Shown: positions 39,024 through 51,689, counted from the first letter of the stretch. The stretch is 64,000 bases of DNA from Mobula hypostoma (GCF_963921235.1 NC_086097.1:84384001-84448000), one strand, 5' to 3'. Made by a program: numbers and translations. The notes: generated from the letters alone by a model not told the origin.

Positions 39024-39389
39024 TCCTGGAAGGTCCTTAGTCCAGAATATTTCTGTGGCTGCAGATGGAAGAGGGTAGATAAATACAAGAGTTATGGAGT
39101 GTGACTTGTCTGAACTGTGATGCATTGGATTTTAAAATTCCCTTCTCAAGAATGATATTTATGAGTTTCCACAAAGCAACAAAAGCAATGACTTAAGTGT
39201 TTCCTGATTCAGTCCACTTCACTGTGAAATGATGGTGGGGTAAAGTTTCCTCTGTTGCTGTGGAATGCAGTTACTGGGCTCTCTACACTCTCACTGGGAA
39301 GTCCAATTCATGTTGACTGCGTCAGGGCTACAACCTGCAGTTAGAAATGGGGCAGAAGACAGTAGGTTTCCCGGGACACCCTTCGGTGC

Positions 39390-39992
39390 CTCAACAAGGC
39401 GGCATCCATCATTAAGACCCCACCCCCCATCACCCAGATCATGCCTTGTTCTCGTTGCTACCATCAGGAAGGAGGTACAGAAGTGTGAAGGCACACAGTC
39501 AGTGATTCAAGAACAGCTTCTTCTCCTCTGCCATCTGATTTCTGAATGGACACTGAACCCATGAACACTACCTCACTACTTTATTATTTCTAATTTTGCG
39601 TATCTTATTTAACTATTCAATGTACATATATACTCACTATAATTCAGTTTTTTCTCTATTATTATGTATTGCATTGGCCGGCTGGTGGCGCAGTGAGATC
39701 AGCGCCAGACTCCGGAGCAAAGGTTCCTGAGTTCGAATCCAGGTCAGGCCACCCCTGAGCACGCTTTCCATCCGTGCCGGGTTGAGTGTCGAGCTAGCCA
39801 CTCGGCCTCGTAAAAATTACAAGGGTCGAGTCAGGAACCTTCATAACGTGACCCGGTTAATCCTGACACCACATGCCAGAAAAGAACGGCTGAATGTCTG
39901 GTACGACATGCTTTAAGAAAAATGTATTGCATTGTACTGCTGCCGCAAAGTCGACAAATTTCACGACATGGTCGGTGATATTAAACCTGATT
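39390..39992 (+). mobile_element. Rex1/Babar-type LINE 3' fragment (host of the SINE at 39677)
   Basis: KAASIIKT.HP.HALFSLLPSGRRYRSVKAHS..FKNSFF; tail gatattaaacctgattc. Confidence 0.75.
39677..39921 (+). mobile_element. tRNA-derived SINE with 13-bp TSD
   Basis: A box tggcgcagtg and B box gagttcgaatcc; TSD atgtattgcattg at 39664-39676 and 39922-39934. Confidence 0.85.
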
Positions 39993-40159
39993 CGGATACT
40001 GAGTTGGCAGAGGGGCAGCAGGCCGATAACTGGAACATGGAGAAACCCATTGGAAATGAAGAGCGGATCTTTGGGTGGCCCTTCAGGCTAGTGAGCCTTG
40101 CATTGGTGGTGGAGAAATTACTGGGGAATGTCCCAAAGGATAGAATTTGTGTCCATGAG

Positions 40160-40380
40160 CTCAAGAAATCCAGAGCAACACGCACAAAATGCTGGAGGAA
40201 CTCAGCAGTCCGGTGGCAGCTATGGAGAGGAACAAACAGTCGACGTTTTGGGCTGAGATCCGTCATCAGGACTGGAAAGGAGCAGGGAAGAAGCCAGAAT
40301 GAGAAGGTGGAGGAGGGGAAGGAGTACAAGCTGGAAGGTGAGAGGTGAAGCCAGATTAAGGGGAAGGAGGGTGAAGTGGA
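40160..40380 (-). mobile_element. Penelope-like terminus with hammerhead motif (40237-40274)
   Basis: Minus strand: cagtc ctgatga cgga tctcag ccc aaaa cgtc gactg. Stem I and the ACGT palindrome are intact; GAAA is mutated to AAAA. Confidence 0.85.
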
Positions 40381-40382
40381 AC

Positions 40383-40663
40383 TGCCCGCACAGTAGCACA
40401 GTGGTTAGTGCCATGCTATTACAGCTCAGTGTGCGGGAGTTCTGAGTTTAATCCCAGTGTCTTCCGTATGTCCTCCCCATAGAATGAGTGGGTTTCCTTC
40501 CGGGTGATCTGGTTTTCTCCCACAATCCAAGCACGTACCAGCTAGTAGATTAATTGGTCATTGTCAATTGTCCCGTAATTAGGAGAGGGTTAAATCAGAG
40601 GTTGCTGGCAGTGCGGCTCAAAGAGACAAAAAGGCCTATTCTGCTCTGTATCTCTAAATAAAA
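40383..40663 (+). mobile_element. V-SINE/HE1-like SINE
   Basis: gcacagtggttagtg head; gggtttccttccgggtgatctggttttctcccacaatccaa; ttaattggtcattgt; tail ctgtatctctaaataaaa. Confidence 0.7.
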
Positions 40664-40724
40664 ATTACAAAAAACTAGTGCTGCACTTTGCCAATGTTTA
40701 CCTTTTCACTCACCACCATTCACA

Positions 40725-41482
40725 GCCTCAAACTCTCCTTCCAGGTGTGGCAGCACTTCACCTGAAGTTTGTTGGGGCCATGTACTGTATCTGCTGTTCC
40801 TGGTGCGGCCTGCACTACATTTAATGGAGATTGGGGGACTGCTTTCTCAAGCACCTTCACTCCACCTGCAAAGGGAGGATTTCCCAGTGGCCAAATATTT
40901 TAATTCCTATCCTCATTCCTGTTCTGACATGTCGGTCCAGGGTTTCCTCTTTTGCCACAATGAGGCCACTCTCAGGGTGGAGGAGCAACACCTCATATTC
41001 TGCTGGGTAGCCTCCAAACTAATGGCATGAGCATCAACTTCTTCTGGTAACCTTTTTCCCTCTCCCCTCCCCGCCCCCCCCAATCTTCTGGCTGCCCTCT
41101 TACCTCTACTCAGCTGCCAATCACCACCGCTGGAGCCCATCCCCCTTCCCTTTCTCCCAGGGTCCTCTCTCCTCTCCTAGCAGAATCCTTCTTCAAGCCT
41201 TTGCCTTTTCCTTCTATCACCACCATGTTTTTCACTTCATTCTCCCTCCCACACCCACCTGTATTCCCCCTCACCTGGCTTCACCTATCACCTTCCAGCT
41301 TGTTCTCCTTCCCCTCCCCACCCCCACCATATCTTATTCTGGCTTCTTCCCCCTTCCTTTCCAGTCTTGATGAAGGGTCTCAGCACAAAATGTCAATTCT
41401 TTGTTCCTCTCCATAGATACTGCCTCTTCCTAGAGATGCTGCCTGGCCTGCTGCGTTCCACCAGCAGTTTGTGTGTGTTGCT
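40725..41482 (+). mobile_element. Penelope-like GIY-YIG fragment plus terminus
   Basis: DFPVAKYFNSYPHSCSDMSVQG..HNEATLRVEEQHLIFC; degenerate hammerhead at 41362-41400. Confidence 0.85.
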
Positions 41483-41699
41483 TGGTGGTAGAGATGGTGG
41501 TGATGGAAGAATGCTTTTTTGATTCGAAGTCTGTTTCTCATGACATGCCCCAGGGATCAGAGCTGGGACCCCATTGCTTTTGATATGCGTTCAGTATGTT
41601 AACAAATTGGTTGTGAAAGTCGGTCGATGACACTAAAGTTACTGATATTTTGGATGGTGAAATTTGGATAGTTAATGTTGTAATTTTCAAAACAGAGCG

Positions 41700-42720
41700 T
41701 AGAACAGTACAGCACAGGAAGAGGCCCTTTGTCCCACAGTGTTGTGCTGAACCAATTATATTCGTAATCAAATGGTTAACTAAACTGATTTCTTCTGCTT
41801 ACACAATGTCCATATCCTTCCATTTCCCTCACATTTATGTGGCTATCTAAACATCTCTGAGAAGTCCCTCATGTATCTTCCTCAACCACTACCCTGGACA
41901 ACACATTCAAGGCATCCACCATTCTGTGTTTTTTAAAAAAAGACTTTCCTCTCACAGCTCCTTTGAACTTGCCCCCTCTCATTAATTGGACATTTCAACC
42001 CTGGGAAAAAGATACTGTCTGCCTGGTTTATCTATACCTCTGATATCTTATAAACCTCTATCAAATATCCCAATAGCCTCCACTACTCCAGAGAAAGCAA
42101 CCCAAGTTTGTCCAGCCTCTTGTTATAGTGCACGCCCTCTAGTCCAGGCAGCCTTCTGTACCCCCTCCAAAGCCTTGACCTCTTTCCTAATGGGGTGACC
42201 AGATCTGTATGCAATACTCCAGACGCGACCTAACTAGAGTTTTATAAAACTACAATATAGCTTCCTGACTTTGAACTTAATGCCTCAACTAATAAAGGCA
42301 AGTATTCTATATGCCTTCTGAATCACCTTATCAACCTGTGTAGCCACGTTCAGGGAGCTATGAACTTGGACTCCAGGATCTCTCTGCTCATCAACACTGT
42401 TAAGGGTCTTGCTGCCTCTTTATGTTTGACTTACCAAAGTACAACACCTCTTACTTGGCCAGGCTTAAACTCCATCTGCCATTTCTCTGCCCATATCTAC
42501 AACTGATTTATATCCTGTTGTATTCTTTGTCAGTCTTCTACACCATCCATTACACCACCAATCTTTGGATCATCTGCAAACTTACTAACATGCCCATCTA
42601 CATTTTCATCCAGGTCATTTGCATACATCTCGAACAGCAGAGTTCCCAGTACAGATCCCTGCAGAGCAACACTAATCCCAGACCTCCAGCCAGAATAAGT
42701 CCCATCGAACACTACCCCCT
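41700..42720 (-). mobile_element. CR1 RT fragment nested in a plus-strand CR1 relic (41535-41660 and 42735-43220)
   Basis: SGWRSGISVALQGSVLGTLLFEMYANDLDENVDGHVSKFADDPKIGG; tail agaacagtacagcacagga. The flanking plus-strand pieces continue the same RT region. Confidence 0.8.
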
Positions 42721-45700
42721 GCTAGACCCTTGCCTGGTGGATTGTATGCAGTCCTGCTTGCCACACTACAGGAAGGATGAAGTTGCAGGAAGAGGGTGGA
42801 GAGGAGATTCAATAGACTATTTCCTGGAATAGAGTCTTTTAGGCATGTGATAGCTTGGATGGGCTCTGTTTTGTCTGGGGCGAAGGAGACGAGGGGTGAC
42901 CTGATGGAAGTATATAAGATTATGAGAGTCATAAATAAGTCAGATAGTCATTTCATTTTCCATATTGAAAATAAGAGGCATTGGTTTAAGGTGAGAGGAA
43001 GGAGTTTCGGGAATAGGCTTTTGCACAGAGGAGGTTAATAACTGGAATTCACTGCCAGAAAAAGTAGTGGAGTCAGATTCAATCACTGTGTTTAGGAGAT
43101 CTTCAGAGAGACATTTAAATAAGTAAGGCATAGAAGGATACTGTCCCGAAGTAGTAAGATGGAATTGGTATAGAACGACAGAAAGGTCAGTATTGGTGTG
43201 ATGGGTCAAAGGGCCTGTTTTTCACCCAAAGCTAGTTGATCTATAATCTGGCTCATCTCTGTCCAAAAGTATCACTCAGAACACACTTTAAATGAATCTT
43301 CGGCCTGCCATTTCCTGGCACCTGACATTAGTCTCTGGTGAAGAAGTGCTTGGTTGAGGCCCCAGAGTCCCCAGACCTTGCTGCAGTTTTCTGTCTGGCT
43401 GGAGAGCCGAGGTTTCTGGACACCTAATTTTGCTAGACAATGGAAGGATCTCCCAGCAGTGCCCAGTCACCATTTTAGTACCCCCGCCCACTTCAAAGTT
43501 ATGCTTGCTTCTGAAACGCGCACCTTGATGACATGGCCCGATTTTCAACATGCTGCAGGTATAATTTCCTCTAAGGCATGGAGCAGAAAGTCAAAGCCAC
43601 CAGCATGGGGGTTCACACAGCTAAAAGTTGTCATTTCAGAAAGCAAAACCTGACCATTGCTTTAATTCTCAGGTTTTGCAGAGATTCTGTTTTGTCCATT
43701 CACATCGTTATCAAATTCCACCCCTCCCCCATTCCACCAAAATCAAATGCAATCCAAGAATCTGATGCAGTTGGAGTAGAAATTGACTCATTTATTCACA
43801 GCAAACTTAATAGCAATAAAAATAATGAGAGATATCTTGCTGTTGACTCCCTAATACAAGTATTACACGGACTTGATATCTGTCCCTGTGAATGGAGTTT
43901 GATATTGTACAGATCTGTCTTTGTAGTTTAGGGAAGGGGGAGATGTAGAGCAGAACTGGCATGATTTCCCATGGGAGTGCAGATAATTATCGGGTAAGGC
44001 ACTGCGGGATATTCCGATAACACCACAGAGACTGGTGCCTGATGTAGGAGATCACAAGAGGAGAAAAGAAAAATATTTAAACATGGGCCCAATTTAAAAA
44101 AAATTAAAGGAATGTTTACATGGAACATGCCAGAGACTTAACAGAATGCAAGGCGCTGGATCATTTTCCAGTTCGAGCAATTACTTTGAAAGGCAAAATA
44201 GGTTTTGGAAGATAACTCAATTGTTTATTAACAATGCAGCGATCCATTGCAGTGTAAACTGAGCAGTATATGTCAAACACTTCCGTAAAAGGAAGTCTCT
44301 GTACCAGACAGCAGAACAAAACGAGAGACAGAAATCCAAATCTTAAACAATGATGCCACTCTGTAAGAATTGGGCTCTGGCTGCTGAACGAGTTGACGTT
44401 CAGAAGAGGAAGGGCTTTCTGAGGTCTCTGAGCCGCTAAACAAGACTGAATCTGATAAATAGCATCCTGCCTGTTCTGAGAAGCTCCACTTTCTGGGAGC
44501 ATTGATTGAGGAATTATTGAGCTTGATTATCCAACCACCTAATTAATAAGGGACATATATCACATCCCCTTTTTCTCTTGCAATGGTTATTTCTTGCTGA
44601 AAATGCCCAAGCAGGTCATAGGTCCATATAAATGATTACTTTCAGACCAATCTCCCCCATGGATCTTTCTATTGTACTCTGAAGATGCCCTCGGTCCTGA
44701 AATGTATGAACCTCCTCCAACCATTGGGGAGTAAACTAATCCCCTCGCTACCCTCATGACTAATGAGGCAAATATCTTGCCTCCCTACCAACTAAGCAAG
44801 GGCTCTTCCTGAGATAACCTGATGATATCTCAGACCTGGCTCCACCATTTAGAATTAAAGTGTAAATGGAAAACAGCCAAGAACCATCAGGAGAATTGAC
44901 CCTTAGAAGGTTGATTAATATTCATCAAAATTCATTTACCCAAGTATTTCCATGCAGAGTTAATCTCTCTTGATTTTGCTCATTAAAGTGTATTTTATTT
45001 TTTAATTTCAGTTTTATTTGTTACTTTAAATCTATAATTCAATAGTGGGATTTGCTCTGAGATCTCTAAGGAGTAGCTGCTCTTAGAAACAGAAGTGTCC
45101 TCCTGAGGTTGTGGCTAAGATAGATTTGTGAGACACCTTTGCCCTCTGACTAGTGTTTGCTGTGCTTGGAAGGCAAATGTAGGAAACATATTCTGTTCCC
45201 TAATAGAAACTTCAGCAAAACCTCAAATTCCCCACAGAATTCCTTGTACATTCTAATCCCCTCTCAATCACTTCAAGTAGAAAACTTGCCAGATAAAGCA
45301 AAGGGGAATATCTGTAATTTATAACAATTACTGAAGGCATGTTTTGCATTGTTCAGTGAATCAAAAGTAAAAACTTAAACAGCAGCTTTACCGTTCCATT
45401 TTCTGCCAACAAATTGTAAATTTTAAGCATTTCCAGGCATCAAGAAATGTAAAATATTGGCAGTTGTTCCTCGTTTAAGTAGTCTACATTCCATTAGTGC
45501 ATGTAGCCACATTTTATCTGGCAGAATACTAGATTCTGAGATATATTTATTGCACATGTTTCTTATACTTTTTAGTAAATTTTTCAGCAAACATCCCATA
45601 CCCAGCAACCTAGAAAACCTGAAGAGCTTCAAACAAGGAACCTAGTCATAGCTCTCGACTCAGGCAACAATTAATCACTCAAACAGTCTGCTGCTAAAAG

Positions 45701-45903
45701 ATGAATGAAATCTCCAGCGTGTGAATAAAATGTCAGCTTGAATTTTTTTTCCTCAAACCCGCATAACTAGTTAGTATCTGATAGTGCAGATTGTGTTTAC
45801 ATGTGAAATAGAATACTGTAGAATTCATAACTTAAAAAGTAGTCAAGATGTGAATATACTTGGAAATCAAGGCATGCATATATTAAAATGGGTGTTAATT
45901 TTA

Positions 45904-46450
45904 ACTCAGTGGCCACTTTATTTGGTACCTAATAAAGTGGTCACTGAGTGTATGTTTGTGGTCTTCTGCTGCTGTAGCCCATCCACTTCAAGGTTCGACT
46001 TCTTGCGTGTTCAGAGATGCTCTTCCACACACCACTGTTGTAATGTGGTTACTTGAGTTACTGTCGCCTTCCTGTCAGCTTGAAGCACTCTACCCATTCT
46101 CGTCATTACAAGAAATTTTCACACACACAATTGCCACTCATTGGATGCTTTTTTTTTGTTTTTCGCGCCATTCTCTAAACTCTAGAGACCGTTGTGCACA
46201 AAAATTCATAGAGATCAGTAGCTTCTGAGATGCTCAAATCACCCTGTGTGGTACCAACAATCATTCTATGATCAAAGTCACTGAGATCACATTTCTTCCC
46301 CATTCTAGTGTTTGGTCTGAACAACAACTGAGCATCTTGACCATGTCTGCATGCTTTTATGCATTGAGTTGCTGCCGTATGATTGGCTGATCAGATACTT
46401 GCATTAACGAGCAGGTGGACTTAAGTACCCAATAAAGTAGCCACTGAGTG
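45904..46450 (-). mobile_element. Internally deleted Tc1-like transposon, second copy
   Basis: TIR aataaagtagccactgagtg|ta; reverse-complement similarity to 14339-14896 along its length. Confidence 0.85.
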
Positions 46451-46909
46451 TATGCTTTGCTTAGTAAAGATAATGCTGCAGAGCGTGGCAGTATGAACTT
46501 ATTGAAGGCTTTCATGAAGGTTTTTCAGAGGTGGTTTGTGACAAAAATTCAAATATGGTATTAAAAGTTGAGAGTTTTTGATAGAGTAACGCAGAATATA
46601 TGCAGATGGGTTAAACGAAAACTAGCAGCCAACATCTCTAAATACTTTCTAGTGAAATTTGTTCAGATTTTTTAAAAGTGGGTTAGGATGGAAGGAGCAG
46701 CAGCTGTGAAAGCTGAATCCTTTGCAGAAAGATGGTGTCTGTTCAGAAAGAGAAAATGTTGGAAACCCTCAGCAGGGCCTGGTGACGTTGATGGATGGAG
46801 AAATAGTTAATGTTCTGGTCCAGGACCCTGAATCTGACCTGCATCTGTTCAGTCCTGCTCTCATCCAACTGTCTGTTGGATTGACTCTGATCAACCTCCC
46901 AGCAGTGTA

Positions 46910-49339
46910 CACATTATCCTCATTATATGCAGGGGATACGTTCCTCGAAGTTGACGCAAAATGTGAATAATTATTTAAATGGAGAACATGGGGATGCGTT
47001 CTGGAGGCTTCCTAAATATGTTTTATCTGTAATTTATTCACATTTTCATACCAATACAACACAAAAGCAGTACCACAAGGCAACATTTGTATTATATTTC
47101 ATCAATTTAAGGTAATATTCAAAGTAATAAATCATAGAAAGTTAATATACTAGGGTGTACCGTACAGTACTCACCAACAGTGGCAGGTGTGTTCGCTGCG
47201 GGAGATGAGCGGTTGTGCAGTGGTGTTGGGCAGCTTTACATGGATGAGGTGGATGGTTGTGTGTCATCAGGATCATCAAGGACAGCAAGGGGTGAAGGAA
47301 GACTCACAGAACTCTCAGGACTGCCGGCAGCAGGAGATGACACCGGTTTGAAGAAAATGGTGAGGGTTGTTTGCTTGGCAGCATTTTGTTTTTTCAGCAT
47401 AAATTTGCTTGTAGGGAAGAAGGATTGACTGCAGGGAACGACTGAAATGCTGACTCCGTTCTAAACTTGGGTCCGTGTCCATCACCATTTGTGCCAAGTG
47501 TTCTGCAGCCTTAAAAAAATTCTGCTAGTTGCTTCACAGTAAAATCCTTCACCTGCAACTCAACACTTTCTTCTTCATCGTTGTTAACTTTAAAGGCAAG
47601 ATTCTGTTCCCGGCAGTAGCGTTCAGCCTCAACAGCAAAATGATTAGCAAACCAATCTTCAAAGATTTGAACAGTGACCCATGCTTTCTTGTCAGCTGCC
47701 CAGTGGACAGGAAGCAAATTCTTACTCAAACCCTTCAGAGCACGGGGGTTTCGTGAATGTTAAACTAAGACAGGCTTCATCTTACAGTCTCCTTCGGCAG
47801 TGGAACACATAAGCAAAGTCAATCTATCCTTTGCTGCCTTGAAACCCGGTACAGTTTTTTCATCCTTACTTACGTAAATGCGTTTCGCCATACACTTCCA
47901 AAAAAACCTAGTCTCGTCTGCATTAAACACCCGCTTTGGTGTGATGCCTAACTCCTCTATCATATCCCGCGACTGCAAAGGGTAGCGTTCAGCAGCTTCG
48001 TGGTCAGCACTAGCTCGCTCACCACGCACAGCTAAGTTGTGAAGCCTGTGACGATTAACAAACTTAGAAAACCATCCCCTACTTGCACTAAAGCTAACTA
48101 TATCACTTGACACTTCCTCACTAGCCTCTGAACAAAGGTGACCATAAATTTCCAAAAGGTTTCACAGGAAGATGATCGGAACTAAGTGTTGTTGTTTTGT
48201 TTGTTTCATGCTTAATGTACAAACTCAACATTTTCTCCATTTTTGTCATAATCAGGTTACGCACTTGGTAACAATCTTTGAAGACACTTGTGATGAATCA
48301 ATCACTGCTCTTTTTATTTTCTCAGCATTTTTCTTTGTGTTTCTGATCATGGACTCACCCAGGCCGAAGTAGCGTCCCAGAGCTGTGTTACCTTCACCTG
48401 ACGCGGCCCTGTTTATAATTTCCAACTTTTTTTCAAGTGTTAAAGCGATTCTCTGCCGCTTGGCTGATGGCCCAGGACTTGACATAGGACACTTAGGAGG
48501 CATATTTAAATATCTCCACAAAATCACTGCACCGTAGGTAAAAAGAACAACAGTTTAAGAGTGCAAGATCACACATCTGCACGTTGCCAAAACCGATGCG
48601 AGACTAGCGGGAGTGAGACCGTGAGGCGTGCACATGTGACTTGTATTGGTGGGAAAGTGAGTCTGTGGTGGCCAGTGCTATCATGTTTGCTGTTGTGTTC
48701 TGGGGCAGCAGGCTGAGGGTAGCAGACACCAACAGAATCAACAAACTCATCCATAAGGCCAGTGATGTTGTGGGGATGGAACTGGACTCTCTGACGGTGG
48801 TGTCTGAAAAGAGGATGCTATCTAAGTTGCATGCCATCTTGGTCAATGTCTCCCATGCACTACATAATGTACTGGGTGGGCACAGGAGTACATTCAGCCA
48901 GAGACTCATTCCACCAAGATGCAACACAGAGCGTCATAGGAAGTCATTTCTACCTGTGGCCATCAAACTTTACAACTCCTTCCTTGGAGGGTCAGACACC
49001 CTGAGCCAATAGGCTGGTCCTGGACTAATTTCATAATTTACTGGCATAATTTACATACTACTATTTAACTATTTATGGTTCTATTACTATTTATTATTTA
49101 TGGTGCAACTGTAACAAAAACCAATTTTCCCCGGGATCAATAAAGTATGACTATGACTATGACTTCTTGTCACAACAGTAAGACTGTGAGGCGTGCGCAC
49201 GTGACTTGTATTGGCGGGAAAGCAGTGTTCCTCACATAACTGAGTTTTGGACGCATATAACGAGAAGTTGGTAGAAATAGGTTCCTCACATAACTCTGAA
49301 TCCGCATTGTCTGAAGACGCACATAACAAGGATAGGGTG
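46910..49339 (-). mobile_element. Tigger/pogo DNA transposon with decayed transposase
   Basis: TA-flanked TIRs cacattatcctcattatatgc / gcacataacaaggatagggtg. ORF pieces give the CENP-B HTH KRQRIALTLEKKLEII, FSASRGWFSKF, DDE_1 VFNADETRFFWK..GFKAAKDRLTLL and KAWVT. Frameshifted and internally deleted. Confidence 0.9.
48658..49163 (+). mobile_element. Rex1/Babar LINE 3' fragment inserted in the Tigger
   Basis: ESVVASAIMFAVVFWGS..RINKLIHKASDVVG..HALH..CNTERHRKSFLPVAIKLYNS; tail gggatcaataaagt(atgact)3. Confidence 0.85.
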
Positions 49340-49699
49340 TATAACTGTTCAGATCTCTGGTACTGCTGCAGATTTTGGGAGGTCATTATCAGTGGGTAAT
49401 TGAAGAGTCTAAGGAGAAATATGGCACAGATTATCAAAGCAGGTCAAGCACATTTCTTGTCTGAAGTTTGCAACTGGAAATGTCTTTTAGGACTAGCTTT
49501 GGAAGTAAAAAGGAACAATTAATTTATCGCTTCAAAGACGTTTCTCATTTCTTCATGTTGGATTTTTATACAGAAGTAGTGCATTATTCTGAGAGTGTCT
49601 TGAGTGTATGTACAGTAGATTAGATGCACACGTTTAGTAACAAGCAGTTTGGATGGTATGGCCATAAAATTATACATCCTGATGTCGGGATGACCCAGC

Positions 49700-51616
49700 T
49701 GTGTTCATACATCTACTGATGCTTCTGGACACATCTTCAGTGATGTTCTTGGAATCATCGGGTGTTTCGGGTTTTTCAACATCATACAACCTCCTCCAGG
49801 TGACCCAGGCGGGGCTGATCAGACCCCAACTTGTGTCCAGATGGCTAGCTACTTAAGACTCCATGGCTCCCCTCTTTTGAGCCACAGCCATCTTGAGGCC
49901 CTCTCTGCCGCATCGGTGGTACTGTGGATGGCTCTCCTCTTCCTCTCTCCCTCGATGCCCAGAATGCTGAAGGCTCTAACTAAAGAATGGGCTATGAATC
50001 CCCTACAACCAACCTCCACTGGGAGACACCTCGCTCTCCATCCAGCCTGCTGGCAGTATGGCAGTTACATACTTGGAGATCTTTCTTTCAAAGGCCTCTT
50101 CCAAGCTGTCTTCCCATGGGACTGTCAGCTCCAGCAGCACCACTTGCTTGGTAGACTCAGACACAAGGACAATGTCTGGTCTCAGGGTGGTGGCTGCGAT
50201 ATGGTTGGGGAACTTCAGCTGCCGTTCGAGGTCCACCAACAGCTGCCAGTCCCTTACAGAGGTCAGAATGCCTGCAGATGTTCTTTTGGCAGGTATTGGC
50301 TGCTTCCCAGCTCTGACAAAGGCAACGGTCTGCTTGGAGGGTCGGGACTGCTTCGCCCACTCAACTCCTGCGCTGATAGCTTCAGCGATGGTCTTCAGGA
50401 CCTGATCATGCCTCCACCTGTACCGTCCCTCACCAAGTGCCCTTGAGGATGTGCTCCAGGGTTCCTCGCTTGGAGCACAGTGGGCACGCAGATAACTCTG
50501 CCTTGCCCCATGTGTGCAGGTTTGACGGGCTTGGAAGCACATCGTACACTGCCTGGATGAGAAATTGGATGCGGTGCGGTTCGGCTTTCCAAAGATCAGC
50601 CCAGGTCACTTTCCTCTCAACCGCATTCTCCCGTCTTGTCCAAGCTCCCTGTTGTTTCATTCCCACCGCCTTGCAGGTTCTCGTCTTCTCCACTACTGCT
50701 CTCACCTCCTCCTCAACTAGGCAATGCCTTTTGTCCCCTGTGATGGTGTCCGTTTAGGGAGTTGGAAAGGATCCTAGCCCAACTCGGCCTCATGTGACCT
50801 CTCCCACCAGCCTCCTGTGACGCAGCCTTGCCTCTGCTTCCTGAACACCTTCCTCTGCCCTCCACTTCCTGCCAGTCCTCACTTGGATCCCTGCTCTAGC
50901 CACCTTCGGATCACTTGAGTCCCTATACTGTAGCCCTTCTCTGGCTCTTGTTACCTTGAATTCTTCCTCCAAGGATTTGAAGGGCAGTTGCCGTTTGTTG
51001 TGGTGTCCATAGAGTGCGATGCTGCTCAGGCTCTTTGGCAGCCCCAGCCATCTCCTGAGGTGGTTGCTAACCCTCCTCTCTAAGGTTTCGACTGTCGTGA
51101 TCGGAACTGCATAGACAAGGAGGGGCCACAGGATTCTGGGAAGAATGCCATGCTGATACACCCAGGCTTTAAACTTCCCAGGTAGGCCAGACTTGTCCAC
51201 AGATTTCAGCCAGCCATCCAACTTGGTGCAGGTCGCCTGGATGGATGTCATGTCCCTTAAAGAGCTGTCAAAAACCTTGCCTAAGCTCTTGACTGGCTTT
51301 TCTGTGATGGTTGGGATGGCTATGCCTGTGATTCTGAACCGGAACTTGTTTACCACCTTCCCCTTCCTCAGCACCATCGATCTTGATCTGGCTGGTTTGA
51401 AATGCATCCGGGCCCACTCCACCAGCTTTTCGAGCCCTTGCAGAAGCCACCGGCAGCCTGGGACTAATTCTGTGTTGACTGCGAGGTCATCCATGAATGC
51501 CCTGACAGGTGGTTGCCATTGAGCGGAATTCATTCTGGGCCCTCTGCACTCTGGTTCAGCAGACTTAGTCAGCATATTTATGGCTAGGGAGAACAGTGTC
51601 ACTGAGATAGTGACAG
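49700..51616 (-). mobile_element. 5'-truncated HERO-clade non-LTR retrotransposon (RT, CCHC knuckle, restriction-like endonuclease)
   Basis: RT AFMDD and FKPARSRS; KSGLPGKFKAWVYQHGILPRILWPL; CPLC..GTLEHIL; YRWRHDQVL; RPDIVL..LLELTVPWE..ERKISKY. Frameshifted. Confidence 0.85.
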
Positions 51617-51689
51617 TATCGTATCATAAAAGCATGTCAGCTCTGAAGTGTATAACTGCCCCAGAACTGTGGCACCTGGTACTTACCTC

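Noticed and set aside
39677..39750. Possible tRNA gene
   Set aside because: A and B boxes are present, but they run into a SINE body flanked by a TSD, and I could not build a complete cloverleaf.
47511..48527. Possible TIGD1-like host gene
   Set aside because: Frameshifted, DDE core deleted, and bounded by TIRs.
49755..49795. Hammerhead-like tgatg...gaaac string in the HERO 3'UTR (minus strand)
   Set aside because: Lacks the CUGANGA core and a proper stem II; treated as a generic structured UTR instead.
49841..50757. Plus-strand ORFs of 201, 115 and 106 aa
   Set aside because: Shadow frames antisense to the HERO coding region.
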